A stretch of DNA of 64,000 nt from a virus (Duplodnaviria; Caudoviricetes), in IMG/VR virus record IMGVR_UViG_3300017911_002159, positions 32,001 to 96,000 of that record; one strand, given 5' to 3'. Position numbers and translations under genes: made by a program. The notes under the pieces were generated by a model. That model did no database searches. It saw only the letters and a list, made by a program, of their open reading frames with translations, and was not told where the DNA came from. Below are positions 31,707 to 41,788 of this stretch, one piece after another; position 1 is the first letter of the stretch, and each line of letters begins with the position of its first letter.

Positions 31707-32190
31707 ATTTACTAATTCTAAAATTACAGAGATTCAGGAAGAAGATTCACAACCTAATGCCGTAGATATTCGTCTCGATGAGGTAAAACGAATTGATTCT
31801 TCGGTTTTCAGCTTAGACGAAGATGGTGGAAAGACACACCGTATTCTGACTGATATGCCTGTTCAGGATGATGGTTACTTTGTTCTTCCGCCCGGTTCAT
31901 ATCAAGTACAAATGAAGAATCAAATCACTGTTGGTGAAAATGAATCTGGCGTTGTGATCAGTAGATCAACTTTGATTCGAAATGGTATATATTTGGTTTC
32001 TGGCCTGTATGATACAGGATACGAAGGTCCAATGGTTGCTCTTTTGGTTGTCACTGCTGGGGCAGCTAAAATTCAGAAAGGGGCCAGAGTTGGACAGTAT
32101 CTGATTTTAGAGTCTGAAGGTATTGGAACTTACATGGGTTCATATGGAAATGTAAAAATTAATATTAGTGAGGAAAAAAATGAAGACTGA
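31684..32190 (+). CDS. dCTP deaminase / trimeric dUTPase-fold protein
   Basis: QPNAVDIRL; SRSTL.RNG; YD.GYEG; GARVGQ. Start moved to ATG 31684. Confidence 0.75.
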   Translation: MLLHPKSEFTNSKITEIQEEDSQPNAVDIRLDEVKRIDSSVFSLDEDGGKTHRILTDMPVQDDGYFVLPPGSYQVQMKNQITVGENESGVVISRSTLIRNGIYLVSGLYDTGYEGPMVALLVVTAGAAKIQKGARVGQYLILESEGIGTYMGSYGNVKINISEEKNED

Positions 32191-33028
32191 AATTGCAATT
32201 GAAGAATTACAAAAGAGAAAACTGTTTGTAGCTTGTCCCATGTATGGTGGCTCTTGCCACGGTATGTTTGCCAGATCGACTGCTGATCTGGCTGCGGTTT
32301 GTGCCAAATATAATATTGAAGTAAGATTTTACTATCTTTTTAACGAATCTTTGATCACCCGTGCACGAAATTATTGTGTTGACGAATTCCTTAGATCAGG
32401 GTTTACTCATCTAATGTTCATAGATTCTGATATTGGGTTTGATCCTAAAGACGTATTGGCACTCATGGCTCTTCAGGATGAAGAATCGCCATACGACATT
32501 ATTGCGGGACCGTATCCGAAGAAGAACATCTCTTGGGAAAAGATCAAGATGGCTGTTGATCAGGGTGTAGCAGACGATAATCCAAATGCACTTGAGGCAT
32601 TTGTTGGTGATTACGTCTTCAATCCTGTTGCAGGTCAGAAGTCCGTACCAGTTAATGAGCCTGTAGAAGTTGGTGAAGCCGGTACTGGCTTTATGATGAT
32701 TCGTCGGGAAACTCTGGAAAAGTACGAAGAGACTTACCCCGAGTATCGTTATAAGCCTGACCATGTTCGGACTGCCCACTTTGATGGCTCCCGTGAAATC
32801 ATGGCGTTCTTTGACTGTATCATTGATCCAGAATCAAAACGTTATCTCTCCGAAGACTACATGTTTTGCTACAATGTAAGAAAGGCTGGCATGAAGGTTT
32901 GGTTGTGTCCTTGGATGGAACTCAAACACTGCGGCACTTACATTTTTGGTGGTTCTTTGGGTGCCTTAGCTCAAATCGGTGCCGTAGCTACCGCCGATAT
33001 GGGACAACTCAAAAATATGAAACGCTGA
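32180..33028 (+). CDS. GT-A fold glycosyltransferase-like protein
   Basis: PMYGG; NESLITRARN; LMFIDSDI (DxD); GTGFMMI; YLSEDY.FC. Confidence 0.7.
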   Translation: MKTEIAIEELQKRKLFVACPMYGGSCHGMFARSTADLAAVCAKYNIEVRFYYLFNESLITRARNYCVDEFLRSGFTHLMFIDSDIGFDPKDVLALMALQDEESPYDIIAGPYPKKNISWEKIKMAVDQGVADDNPNALEAFVGDYVFNPVAGQKSVPVNEPVEVGEAGTGFMMIRRETLEKYEETYPEYRYKPDHVRTAHFDGSREIMAFFDCIIDPESKRYLSEDYMFCYNVRKAGMKVWLCPWMELKHCGTYIFGGSLGALAQIGAVATADMGQLKNMKR

Positions 33029-33696
33029 TGAAAATATCAAAAAATACAATTGATCTGTTGAAGAATTTTTCGACAATCAATCCTTCGTTATACGTGGAGT
33101 CTGGATCAACAATCCAGACTTCATCTCCTTACAAAAACATTTTTGCTTCTGCAGAGGTTGAAGAGGAGTTTGATCAACCTTTTGGTATCTATGAGTTAAG
33201 TAGATTTCTAAACATCATCTCTGTGATGCCAGACCCAAGTTTTGAGTTTCATGAGAAGTATGTACGGATTGTTTCCGGAAGACAAAGTGTCAAGTACCAG
33301 TATGCTTCTAAGGAAATGATTTTAAATCAATCCGTAGATACCTCTGTAATCGATAGCTATGAGGGTGATGTTACCTTTAGCATGGCAAGTGCTGATCTAG
33401 TCTCTTTGAGAAAAGGTGCCTCTATCCTTGCAAAGCCAGAACTGCAGTTCGAATTTGCTAACAATGAAATCATAGCAAGGTCTATCGATTTAGAGAACAA
33501 GACCGTAGATGACTTCTCTATTGTCATTTGTGAAACTTCTCAACACGTGTCCCTAGACCCTATTCCGTTCTCTATGGAGACCCTGAAGTTAATCGATGGA
33601 GACTACACAGTTTCCTTGGGTGACAACTCCTTCGGCGTTTTTAAGAACGTAGACATCCCTGTATATTATGCAATTACCACGAAAGCTTCGGTATGA
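33028..33696 (+). CDS. 45: Sliding clamp gp45
   Basis: MKIS..T..LLKNFSTIN.S; FGIYEL..FL. The true start is ATG 33028. Confidence 0.9.
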   Translation: MKISKNTIDLLKNFSTINPSLYVESGSTIQTSSPYKNIFASAEVEEEFDQPFGIYELSRFLNIISVMPDPSFEFHEKYVRIVSGRQSVKYQYASKEMILNQSVDTSVIDSYEGDVTFSMASADLVSLRKGASILAKPELQFEFANNEIIARSIDLENKTVDDFSIVICETSQHVSLDPIPFSMETLKLIDGDYTVSLGDNSFGVFKNVDIPVYYAITTKASV

Positions 33697-34628
33697 TTGA
33701 TCAGTTCGTTTGGGTTGAAAAGTATCGACCCAAAAGATTGTCAGATGTGATTTTGCCTGAAAAAATCAAAGAGAAACTTCAAAAGCTACTTGATAGCAAT
33801 GATATTCCGAATCTGATTTTTTCAGGTAGTTCTGGTTGTGGCAAAACAACAGTTGCCAAGGCGATGCTTGAAGAGCTTGGCTGTGACTACATGATGATCA
33901 ATGGATCTATGGAAAGAAACATTGATACACTTCGGGTGAAGATCAAGGAATTTGCCTCCTCTGTGTCACTTTCCGGTGGCAGGAAGTACGTGATTATTGA
34001 TGAGGCAGACTATCTGAATCTTCACTCGACTCAACCCGCCCTAAGAAACTTTATGGAAGAGTATTCTAGGAACTGTGGGTTTATCCTTACGTGTAACTAC
34101 GTAAACCGAATCCTCGAACCACTACGGTCTCGATGTTCTTCAATTGATTTTGCAATTCCTAAAGATGAAAAACAGGATATCATTGTTCAGTTTTTCAAGA
34201 GTGCTAAGTCAATTCTTGATCAGGAAAATGTTAAGTACGAACAGAAAACACTGGCGATGGTTCTGGAAAAACATTTTCCAGATTTTAGAAAGACCCTTAA
34301 CGAACTTCAGTATCATTCCTCAACAGGTGAGCTTAAAGCTGACTCTGTTAGATCTTACACAGAAAACTACAAAAAGCTTTTTGGTTTACTAAAAACTAAA
34401 AACTTTACAGAGATGAGGCAATGGGTCACAGAGAATAATGACATTCACGCTGAGACCCTTTTTGACACCATCTTTTCTTTGTCAGATGAGTATATCGAAA
34501 GTTCGTCTGTGCCTCAGTTGGTTCTTATTCTTGCTGATTATCAGTACAAACAGGCGTTTGTATCTAACGTAGAAATCAACATAGTAGCATGTTTAACGGA
34601 AATCATGGCGGGTGTGGTGTTTAAATGA
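33693..34628 (+). CDS. 44: Clamp loader large subunit gp44
   Basis: WVEKYRP; GCGKTT; IIDEADYL; SRC. Confidence 0.95.
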   Translation: MIDQFVWVEKYRPKRLSDVILPEKIKEKLQKLLDSNDIPNLIFSGSSGCGKTTVAKAMLEELGCDYMMINGSMERNIDTLRVKIKEFASSVSLSGGRKYVIIDEADYLNLHSTQPALRNFMEEYSRNCGFILTCNYVNRILEPLRSRCSSIDFAIPKDEKQDIIVQFFKSAKSILDQENVKYEQKTLAMVLEKHFPDFRKTLNELQYHSSTGELKADSVRSYTENYKKLFGLLKTKNFTEMRQWVTENNDIHAETLFDTIFSLSDEYIESSSVPQLVLILADYQYKQAFVSNVEINIVACLTEIMAGVVFK

Positions 34629-34990
34629 CCATATTTGACGTGATTAAAAACATATCTGCAAGCAAAGATACCGTAAATTTTGAGGAAGATGACTACAACA
34701 CACACGTAGTCAATAAGTCTTTCTCACTTTTTGTAGATACTATTCTTTATGCCAATGAAATGAATATGAGGCCTGACCTGTCAGCTAACAAAAATTACGC
34801 CTTCATGTTCAATTCTGTACGGAAAAGAAAGAGGTTCAGTAAATGGCCTAAAAATAAGGCAACTAAAGACGAGGAGTTGGTTTCCAAAATATATAAATAT
34901 AATCAGCACAAAACAAAACAGGTGATGAAATTGCTAAAAGAAGATGATCTACAAGTGCTGAGAGATCTTTATGAAGAGGGTGGAGAATGA
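34625..34990 (+). CDS. 62: Clamp loader small subunit gp62
   Basis: DT.LYANEMN; RKRKRFSKW. Confidence 0.88.
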   Translation: MTIFDVIKNISASKDTVNFEEDDYNTHVVNKSFSLFVDTILYANEMNMRPDLSANKNYAFMFNSVRKRKRFSKWPKNKATKDEELVSKIYKYNQHKTKQVMKLLKEDDLQVLRDLYEEGGE

Positions 34991-35394
34991 AACCAGAGAT
35001 TACTGATACATTTATCGAAGTTGAATTGAGCAGTGAAGACGATTTCCGGAAAATTCGGGAAACACTTACACGGATCGGGGTTTCATCTAGAAAAGAAAAG
35101 AAGCTATTTCAAAGCTGTCATATTCTCCATAAGCAGGGTAAATACTACATCGTTCATTTCAAGCAGATGTTTGCTTTAGATGGCAAACCGTCTCACATGG
35201 ATGACAACGATCAGGGTAGACTCAATACCATTGCTAACCTGTTAGAAGAATGGAAACTTCTTAAAGTCAAATCTCCTGAAAAAACAAAAGAACCTGTCTC
35301 ATCGATGAGCCAAATTAAAGTTGTGCCTTATCGAGAAAAAGAAGAATGGGAGTTAGTTCCCAAATATAATATAGGTTCAAAAAAGATGCCTTGA
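34987..35394 (+). CDS. regA: Translational repressor RegA
   Basis: DF.KIRETLTRIGV.SRK; QSCHILHKQG.YYIVHFK; W.L.PKY.IG. Confidence 0.95.
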   Translation: MKPEITDTFIEVELSSEDDFRKIRETLTRIGVSSRKEKKLFQSCHILHKQGKYYIVHFKQMFALDGKPSHMDDNDQGRLNTIANLLEEWKLLKVKSPEKTKEPVSSMSQIKVVPYREKEEWELVPKYNIGSKKMP

Positions 35395-35412
35395 TCTCTA
35401 ATTACATTTATG

Positions 35413-35459
35413 TATAAATAGAACCGTTGGATGCCGAAAGGGTTCAGCGGTTCTTTTTT
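35413..35459 (+). promoter_or_regulatory. Late promoter TATAAATA followed by a GAAA-loop leader hairpin and U-tract upstream of hsp20
   Basis: TATAAATA at 35413-35420; stem GAACCGTTGGA..GAAA..TTCAGCGGTTC, then T6. Confidence 0.7.
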
Positions 35460-35479
35460 GCTGTATAAGGAGAAAGCAC

Positions 35480-35905
35480 ATGAACAAAATTTATTTTGAT
35501 TCGCCGTTTTTTATTGGGTTGGACCAAACACTCCAGACCTTAGAAAATTTAGCCTCACAACAACAAAATTATCCACCTTATAACATTATTGAAATGGAAT
35601 CTGAGAGTTTTATCCTTCAGTTTGCTGTTTCAGGATTTGATCTAGAAGAGTTGGAAGTTGTTCATGACGGCACGGCTGCTAATAGAATCTTGACTGTAAA
35701 AGGTGAGAAAAAGAGAGAAGGCAGTGAAATCGACTACAACTACCTGCATCGTGGCATTTCGATGAAAAACTTCGAAAAGAAGTTTACCTTAGGTGAGTTT
35801 GTAGAAGTGGAAACGGTGAAGTTAAGACAAGGAATTCTAGAGATCAAGCTTGTCAAAAATATACCTGAAGAACAGAGACCTAAAGTGTTTAAGATAGAGT
35901 CTTAG
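35480..35905 (+). CDS. Small heat-shock protein Hsp20 (IbpA-like)
   Basis: NYPPYNI; AVSGF; YLHRGI; F.L; G.L.I.L....PEE..P...I. Confidence 0.92.
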   Translation: MNKIYFDSPFFIGLDQTLQTLENLASQQQNYPPYNIIEMESESFILQFAVSGFDLEELEVVHDGTAANRILTVKGEKKREGSEIDYNYLHRGISMKNFEKKFTLGEFVEVETVKLRQGILEIKLVKNIPEEQRPKVFKIES

Positions 35906-35910
35906 TCTTC

Positions 35911-35935
35911 AAGCCCCCGAAAGGGGGCTTTTTTG
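35911..35935 (+). terminator. Intrinsic terminator after hsp20
   Basis: AAGCCCCC-GAAA-GGGGGCTT then a T run. Confidence 0.88.
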
Positions 35936-35978
35936 TTTCCACCCATCGTGGTATACTTCATTGAAACTAGGAGATTTT

Positions 35979-38504
35979 ATGAAGTTTTACACTCGTTGTG
36001 ACATGAAGAATGGCTTCTTCCACGTAAGAGGTTACAAAGACGGAAAACAATTCACAGAAAATCATAGAGCACACCCGTATCTGTTTGAGATAGACAGAAA
36101 AGACTCCGACACACCGTACAGAACTTTAGACGGCAGAAAAGTCTTCAAAAGAAGTTTTAACTCATACAATGAAATTTTCGCCACTAGAGAAGAGATCATC
36201 AACACAGCCAACCGTGAATGCTTCGGCATGGAACTTTCCATGTATCCGTTTCTTTACGACAACTACCGTGGCGAAATTGAGTATGATCCGGACGTTATAC
36301 GAGTAGCAAACATCGATATCGAAGTTGCTGCCGATGACGGATTTCCAGATGTAAATGAAGCTCTAAAGCCTATTACAGCCATCACAATGCACTGTCAGGG
36401 TACGTACCATGTTTATGGTATTGGTGATTACAAGCCCCACAGAGATGATGTCGTCTACCAAAATTTTGAATCTGAATATGATTTGATTGATAAATTTATT
36501 GACGACTGGAGAGAAATTAATCCAGACGTGATAACAGGCTGGAACGTAGAAGGCTTTGACGTACCTTACATTATTAACCGGTTTGAAAGAATTGTAGGCT
36601 CCGTAAAAACCCAGCTTCTTTCTCCTTGGGGAATAATATCAACAAAACATGTAACAGTGAAGGGGAAGTTTGGCCAAGAATATGAGCAAAATGTTAAGTT
36701 TATTCTTGGAGTATCTGTTTTAGATTATCTGGCACTTTACAAAAAATTTACTTATAAAGCTCAAGAAAATTACCGACTGGATACCATTGCTTTTGTAGAG
36801 CTTGGTGATCGAAAGCTTGATTACTCAGATCATGGATCTTTGTTAGAACTTTACCGAAACGACTATCAAAAATTCATAGAATACAACATCAAAGATGTTG
36901 AGATTGTGCAAAGGCTTGAAGAGAAACTTGGTATGCTTGAGCTAATATATGCTCTTGCCTTTGATGCCAAAGTGAACTTCCAAGATGCTTTGACTTCGGT
37001 AAAAATGTGGGACGTTATCATCCACAATTATCTTATGGATAAGAAAATTGTAGTTCCAGCAAAACCTTTAGCTGTCTCTAAATCAGAAAAGATCAAAGGG
37101 GGATATGTCAAGGAACCTATTCCGGGCATGTACAATTGGGTCTGTTCCTTCGATCTGAACTCACTGTATCCACACCTGATTATGCAGTACAATATTTCAC
37201 CAGACACTTATAAGGGACATTTGGGTGTAAATGTAACTGTTGACTCTATTCTTGGTGGTCAGCTCAACAAAGACGACATACAAGAAAGTTTAGATAAGAG
37301 CAATTGTTCTTTGACTGCTTCTGGATTTATGTTCACCAAAAATAAGAGAGGGTTTCTTCCTGAACTTATGGACAAAATGTACAAAGATAGAAAAATGTAC
37401 AAGTCCAAGATGATTGAGGTGAAGAAAGAATTCGAGAAGACTGGAGACCTGAAGCTCAAAAAAGAGATATCCCGCCTCGATAATATGCAAATGGCCAAAA
37501 AGATTCAGCTTAATTCAGCATATGGAGCTTTGGCCAATGAGTGGTTTCGGTGGTTTAACAACAACTATGCAGAATCGATTACTCTCTCTGGACAACTGTC
37601 AATTCGGTGGATTGAAAATAAGTTAAATACATACTTGAACAACATACTTGGAACTGAGGGAGAAGACTTCATTGTTGCGGCTGATACTGACTCTGTTTAT
37701 GTTGTTCTTGATAAATTGGTTGAATTTTCTTTCTCGAATTTATCTGAGACACCAAAGGAAAAAATCGTTACCTTCTTGGATAAAGTCTGCTCTCAAAAGA
37801 TCGAGCCTTTTATCGAAAACTCTTATGAAGAGTTGGCTGAATACGTTAGAGCATATGATCAAAAAATGTTCATGAAGCGGGAATGCATTGCCGACAAAGG
37901 AATATGGACCGCTAAGAAAAGATATATCCTTAACGTTTATGATAACGAAGGTGTGAGATACAAAGAGCCAGAACTCAAGATAATGGGCATCGAAGCTATC
38001 AAGTCTTCTACGCCGACAATCTGCCGAGACTACATCAAAGAAACTTTGAAGCTAATCATGACTTCTGATGAAGAAACTGTGATCCGACACATCACACATC
38101 TTAAAAGAAAGTTCAAAGAAAATAGTTTTGATGATGTTGCATTCCCAAGAAGTGCCAATAATATCAAAAAATATAATGACTCTGCATCCGTCTACAAAAA
38201 AGGGACGCCTATCCAAGTCAGGGGTTCTCTTCTTTATAATAAAATAATTAAAGACATGGGTCTCGATAAGAAATATCAGTATATCAAAGACGGAGACAAG
38301 ATTAAGTTTTGTTATCTGAAAATGCCTAACCCCCTGAAAGATAACGTAATTTCTTGTGCATCGGGCATGCCAAGAGAAGTTGATTTAGACCAGTATATCG
38401 ACTATAACAAACAATTCGAGAAGGGTTATCTTGAACCAGTTAAAACAATTCTCAACTCTATCGGTTGGGAGCATGAAAAGAGAAACACACTTCCGTTTTT
38501 ATAG
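35979..38504 (+). CDS. 43: Family B DNA polymerase gp43
   Basis: Exonuclease DIE; FDLNSLYP; K..LNS.YG; DTDS. ATG 35979 follows GGAG. Confidence 0.97.
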   Translation: MKFYTRCDMKNGFFHVRGYKDGKQFTENHRAHPYLFEIDRKDSDTPYRTLDGRKVFKRSFNSYNEIFATREEIINTANRECFGMELSMYPFLYDNYRGEIEYDPDVIRVANIDIEVAADDGFPDVNEALKPITAITMHCQGTYHVYGIGDYKPHRDDVVYQNFESEYDLIDKFIDDWREINPDVITGWNVEGFDVPYIINRFERIVGSVKTQLLSPWGIISTKHVTVKGKFGQEYEQNVKFILGVSVLDYLALYKKFTYKAQENYRLDTIAFVELGDRKLDYSDHGSLLELYRNDYQKFIEYNIKDVEIVQRLEEKLGMLELIYALAFDAKVNFQDALTSVKMWDVIIHNYLMDKKIVVPAKPLAVSKSEKIKGGYVKEPIPGMYNWVCSFDLNSLYPHLIMQYNISPDTYKGHLGVNVTVDSILGGQLNKDDIQESLDKSNCSLTASGFMFTKNKRGFLPELMDKMYKDRKMYKSKMIEVKKEFEKTGDLKLKKEISRLDNMQMAKKIQLNSAYGALANEWFRWFNNNYAESITLSGQLSIRWIENKLNTYLNNILGTEGEDFIVAADTDSVYVVLDKLVEFSFSNLSETPKEKIVTFLDKVCSQKIEPFIENSYEELAEYVRAYDQKMFMKRECIADKGIWTAKKRYILNVYDNEGVRYKEPELKIMGIEAIKSSTPTICRDYIKETLKLIMTSDEETVIRHITHLKRKFKENSFDDVAFPRSANNIKKYNDSASVYKKGTPIQVRGSLLYNKIIKDMGLDKKYQYIKDGDKIKFCYLKMPNPLKDNVISCASGMPREVDLDQYIDYNKQFEKGYLEPVKTILNSIGWEHEKRNTLPFL

Positions 38505-38513
38505 GAGTTTCAA

Positions 38514-39539
38514 ATGAGTGATTTTTTTAGAAACCTTGCTGAAGAAGTTAAGGATATCGATACCAACATTTTGGCAGATGGTGAGAACGCTGCTGAGTTT
38601 TCGGGTTACATCGATACAGGCTGTTACATGCTTAATGCTGTCTTATCAGGTAGCATTTATGGGGGTGTTCCAAACAACAAGGTGACTGCCTTTGCTGGCG
38701 ATCCTGCCACCGGCAAAACCTTCTTTGTGTTGTCTGCGGTAAGACAGTTCTTGGATTCAAACCCTAAATCTGGTGTCGTTTACTATGACACAGAGGCTGC
38801 GGTTACCAAGCAGATGATGGAAGACAGAGGCATTGACGTAAACCGAGTCATCTTAGCAGAGCCAGAGACTATCGAGTCTTTCCGTACCCACTCCCTTAAG
38901 TTTCTGGACAAGTACATGGCTTCTGGAAGCAAAGAAGATGAAATGCCACCAATGATGATGGTGCTTGATTCTTTGGGAATGATGTCTACCAACAAAGAGA
39001 TGCAAGATTCTCATGATGGCAAAGATGTCCGAGACATGACGAAGGCACAAGTCATCAAAGGAACTTTCAGAACTCTGACCCTAAAGCTTGCCCGTGCTAA
39101 AGTTCCCCTTCTTATCACAAACCATGTATATCAGGTTGTAGGTTCTTATGTTCCTACAAAAGATATGGGTGGCGGTAGTGGTCTTAAGTTTGCTGCGTCA
39201 ACCATTGCTTATCTTTCGAAGAAGAAAGTTAAGGAAGGCACAGACGTTACAGGCAACATCATCAAGGTCACGATGAACAAGTCAAGACTCAGTAAAGAAA
39301 ACTCTGTAGCCGAGGTTCTGCTGGACTACAAAAAGGGTCTGAGCAAGTGGTACGGTATGTTAGAGTTTGCTGAGAAGCACGGGATTGTTGAGAAGTCTGG
39401 TGCAAGATATAAGTTCCCTCAGGAAATTGCATCTGTGTTTGCTAAACATGTGTATGAAAGTCCAGAGCAGTATTTTACAGATGAAATCATGGAACAAATC
39501 GAAGAAAAAGTTAAACTAGAGTATAGCTACGGACAATGA
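38514..39539 (+). CDS. uvsX: RecA-like recombinase UvsX
   Basis: GDPATGKT; YYDTE; LDSLG; GGGSGL. Confidence 0.93.
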   Translation: MSDFFRNLAEEVKDIDTNILADGENAAEFSGYIDTGCYMLNAVLSGSIYGGVPNNKVTAFAGDPATGKTFFVLSAVRQFLDSNPKSGVVYYDTEAAVTKQMMEDRGIDVNRVILAEPETIESFRTHSLKFLDKYMASGSKEDEMPPMMMVLDSLGMMSTNKEMQDSHDGKDVRDMTKAQVIKGTFRTLTLKLARAKVPLLITNHVYQVVGSYVPTKDMGGGSGLKFAASTIAYLSKKKVKEGTDVTGNIIKVTMNKSRLSKENSVAEVLLDYKKGLSKWYGMLEFAEKHGIVEKSGARYKFPQEIASVFAKHVYESPEQYFTDEIMEQIEEKVKLEYSYGQ

Positions 39540-40903
39540 TCGAAGATCTGATCCTATCAAACCTTGCCTTGAATGAAAAATATTCACGTAAGGTGTTGCC
39601 GTTTATTGACACTGCTTATTTTCATTCAAAGCATCACAAGATTGCCTTTGATCTTATAAGCAAACATATCGACAAGTATAATGAGCTTCCTTCCAGAAGC
39701 TCATTGCTTGTGGACTTAGAGTCAGTCGATAAACTCTCACATCAAGACTACAAAGAAGCAGAAAGTTTTGTCAAAACACTTTCTGTTAATGAAGCAGACC
39801 TCGACTGGCTTACCGATACAACAGAAAAGTTTTGTCAGGACAAGGCTATCTACAATGCATTGATGAAATCAATCGAGATTGTGGATGATACGGAAGGAAA
39901 GTTATCAAAAGGATCTATCCCAAAGATTCTTACAGATGCTTTGTCTGTGTCTTTTGATACATCTATCGGTCACGATTTTTTCGATGACTATGCAGATCGG
40001 TATGATTTTTACCATAAAAAGGAAGAAAGAATTCCTTTTGATTTGGAATACATGAACCTGATCACGTCAGGCGGTCTTCCTAAAAAATCACTGAACATTG
40101 CAATTGCAGGAACAGGTGTCGGTAAGTCATTGTTCATGTGTCATTGTGCTGCTTCAAACCTGATCAATGGCCACAATGTCTTATATGTTACTTTGGAGAT
40201 GGCTGAAGAAAAGATTGCAGAAAGAATAGATGCAAACCTCCTAGACATTCCTTTGGAGACTTTAACTGAGGTTTCTAAAGACAAATACGTGTCAAGGATG
40301 GAGAGGATAAAAACTAAAACAGTAGGTAAGCTTATTGTTAAGGAGTATCCAACAGCTTCTGCAAATGCCAATCACTTTAGAAACTTGCTAAATGAACTAA
40401 AGATCAAAAAGAACTTTGTTCCAGACATCATCTACATTGACTATCTGAACATATGCTCTTCATCAAGAATCAAACATGGCTCTAATGTAAACTCTTATTC
40501 TTATATCAAGAGTATTGCTGAAGAACTTCGTGGTCTGGCTGTAGAGCATAATTTACCGATATTGAGCGCTACTCAAACAACAAGATCAGGATTTACCAGT
40601 TCTGATATTGGGCTTGAAGACACGTCTGAATCTTTTGGTCTTCCAGCAACAGCAGACTTCATGTTTGCATTGATCAAAACTGATGAATTAGAAGAATTAG
40701 ATCAGATTGTAGTCAAGCAGCTTAAGAACAGATACAATGATCCATCTAAATATAAAAGATTTGTTGTCGGAATAGACAGATCTAAGATGAGACTTTACGA
40801 TGTGAACAATGAAGCACAAGAAGACGTTATCGATGGTCCAGTTTTCGATAAGACAAATGTAGCTGAAAAGTTTAACATGGATAAATTTAAGGACTTTATG
40901 TAG
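39536..40903 (+). CDS. 41: Replicative helicase gp41
   Basis: AGTGVGKS; TLEMAEE; IDYLNIC; SESFGLPATAD; KQLKNRY. Confidence 0.95.
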   Translation: MIEDLILSNLALNEKYSRKVLPFIDTAYFHSKHHKIAFDLISKHIDKYNELPSRSSLLVDLESVDKLSHQDYKEAESFVKTLSVNEADLDWLTDTTEKFCQDKAIYNALMKSIEIVDDTEGKLSKGSIPKILTDALSVSFDTSIGHDFFDDYADRYDFYHKKEERIPFDLEYMNLITSGGLPKKSLNIAIAGTGVGKSLFMCHCAASNLINGHNVLYVTLEMAEEKIAERIDANLLDIPLETLTEVSKDKYVSRMERIKTKTVGKLIVKEYPTASANANHFRNLLNELKIKKNFVPDIIYIDYLNICSSSRIKHGSNVNSYSYIKSIAEELRGLAVEHNLPILSATQTTRSGFTSSDIGLEDTSESFGLPATADFMFALIKTDELEELDQIVVKQLKNRYNDPSKYKRFVVGIDRSKMRLYDVNNEAQEDVIDGPVFDKTNVAEKFNMDKFKDFM

Positions 40904-41577
40904 TGAGCCATTCGGTAAATATTATAGGAATCACAAATCCAACTATGATGGATGGGAGCGGAAAAAGAATAACAGCTTCCGACTACCTTTCATACGTTGC
41001 TAGAATTTCTAATCCTCAAAATGAAAAAAATTTTGAAACAGCTACAGGTTTAATTAAGTATTTGATCAAACATGAGCACTGGTCTCCTTTTGAGATGATC
41101 AATATTGTCATGGAGATCAAGACTACAAGAGATATTGCTCGTCAGATCCTTAGACACAGATCTTTTTCTTTTCAAGAATTCTCACAACGATATGCAGACG
41201 CTTCTCAGTTAGGAATGGTGGAGCGTGAAACACGAATGCAAGATCCTAAGAATAGACAAAGTTCTATTACAACTACTGATAATGACTTGTCCAGAACTTG
41301 GACTATGAAACAACAACAACTTATGCATGAGACTCAGCTTGCTTATAAGTGGGCTTTAGAAAACGGGATTGCCAAAGAACAGGCTAGAGTAGTCCTTCCA
41401 GAAGGTCTTCAGATGTCTCGAATGCATATGAACGGAACATTACGATCTTGGATGCATTACGTAAAACTTCGTTGTGGGAACGGTACACAAAGTGAACATC
41501 AGCAAGTAGCTCGACTCTGCAAAGATGTACTTGCTAGACATGTTCCCGCAGTTAAAGAATGGTTGGATGAAATTTAG
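40903..41577 (+). CDS. thyX: Flavin-dependent thymidylate synthase
   Basis: HWSPFE; RHRSFSFQEFSQRY signature; GTQ.EH. Confidence 0.93.
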   Translation: MSHSVNIIGITNPTMMDGSGKRITASDYLSYVARISNPQNEKNFETATGLIKYLIKHEHWSPFEMINIVMEIKTTRDIARQILRHRSFSFQEFSQRYADASQLGMVERETRMQDPKNRQSSITTTDNDLSRTWTMKQQQLMHETQLAYKWALENGIAKEQARVVLPEGLQMSRMHMNGTLRSWMHYVKLRCGNGTQSEHQQVARLCKDVLARHVPAVKEWLDEI

Positions 41578-41788
41578 AACAGAAAGATCAGAACAACATA
41601 ATGCTTGGTTAGTGGTTCAAAATTCAAATGGTTTGATTGTCGTTGGGTTTGATAAGGCTAAATATGCTAACAGGACCAAGAACTTCCTAAATAGTGGAGG
41701 GGCTTTCGATGGTGATTGTCCATCCTTCTTTTGTAGGGAAGTTGAAATATTCGACGGGGATCTAAATGTCGGTAAACAAGAATCTTAG
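41567..41788 (+). CDS. Hypothetical protein
   Basis: MKFRTE...LNSGGAFDG.CP.FF; overlaps both neighbours. Confidence 0.5.
   Translation: MKFRTERSEQHNAWLVVQNSNGLIVVGFDKAKYANRTKNFLNSGGAFDGDCPSFFCREVEIFDGDLNVGKQES

Noticed and set aside
32866-33027. N-terminal extension of gp45 in the ORF track
   Set aside because: It overlaps the GT gene. The clamp begins at the coupled ATG 33028. Similar over-extensions were trimmed for several other ORFs.
35935-35957. MotA-type middle promoter before gp43
   Set aside because: A TGnTATACT -10 is present, but the upstream TTTGTTTCC is a poor MotA box and no motA is in the window; left uncalled.
12384-40903. Inteins, introns or homing endonucleases in terminase, polymerase or helicases
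   Set aside because: All have normal lengths and contiguous motifs.
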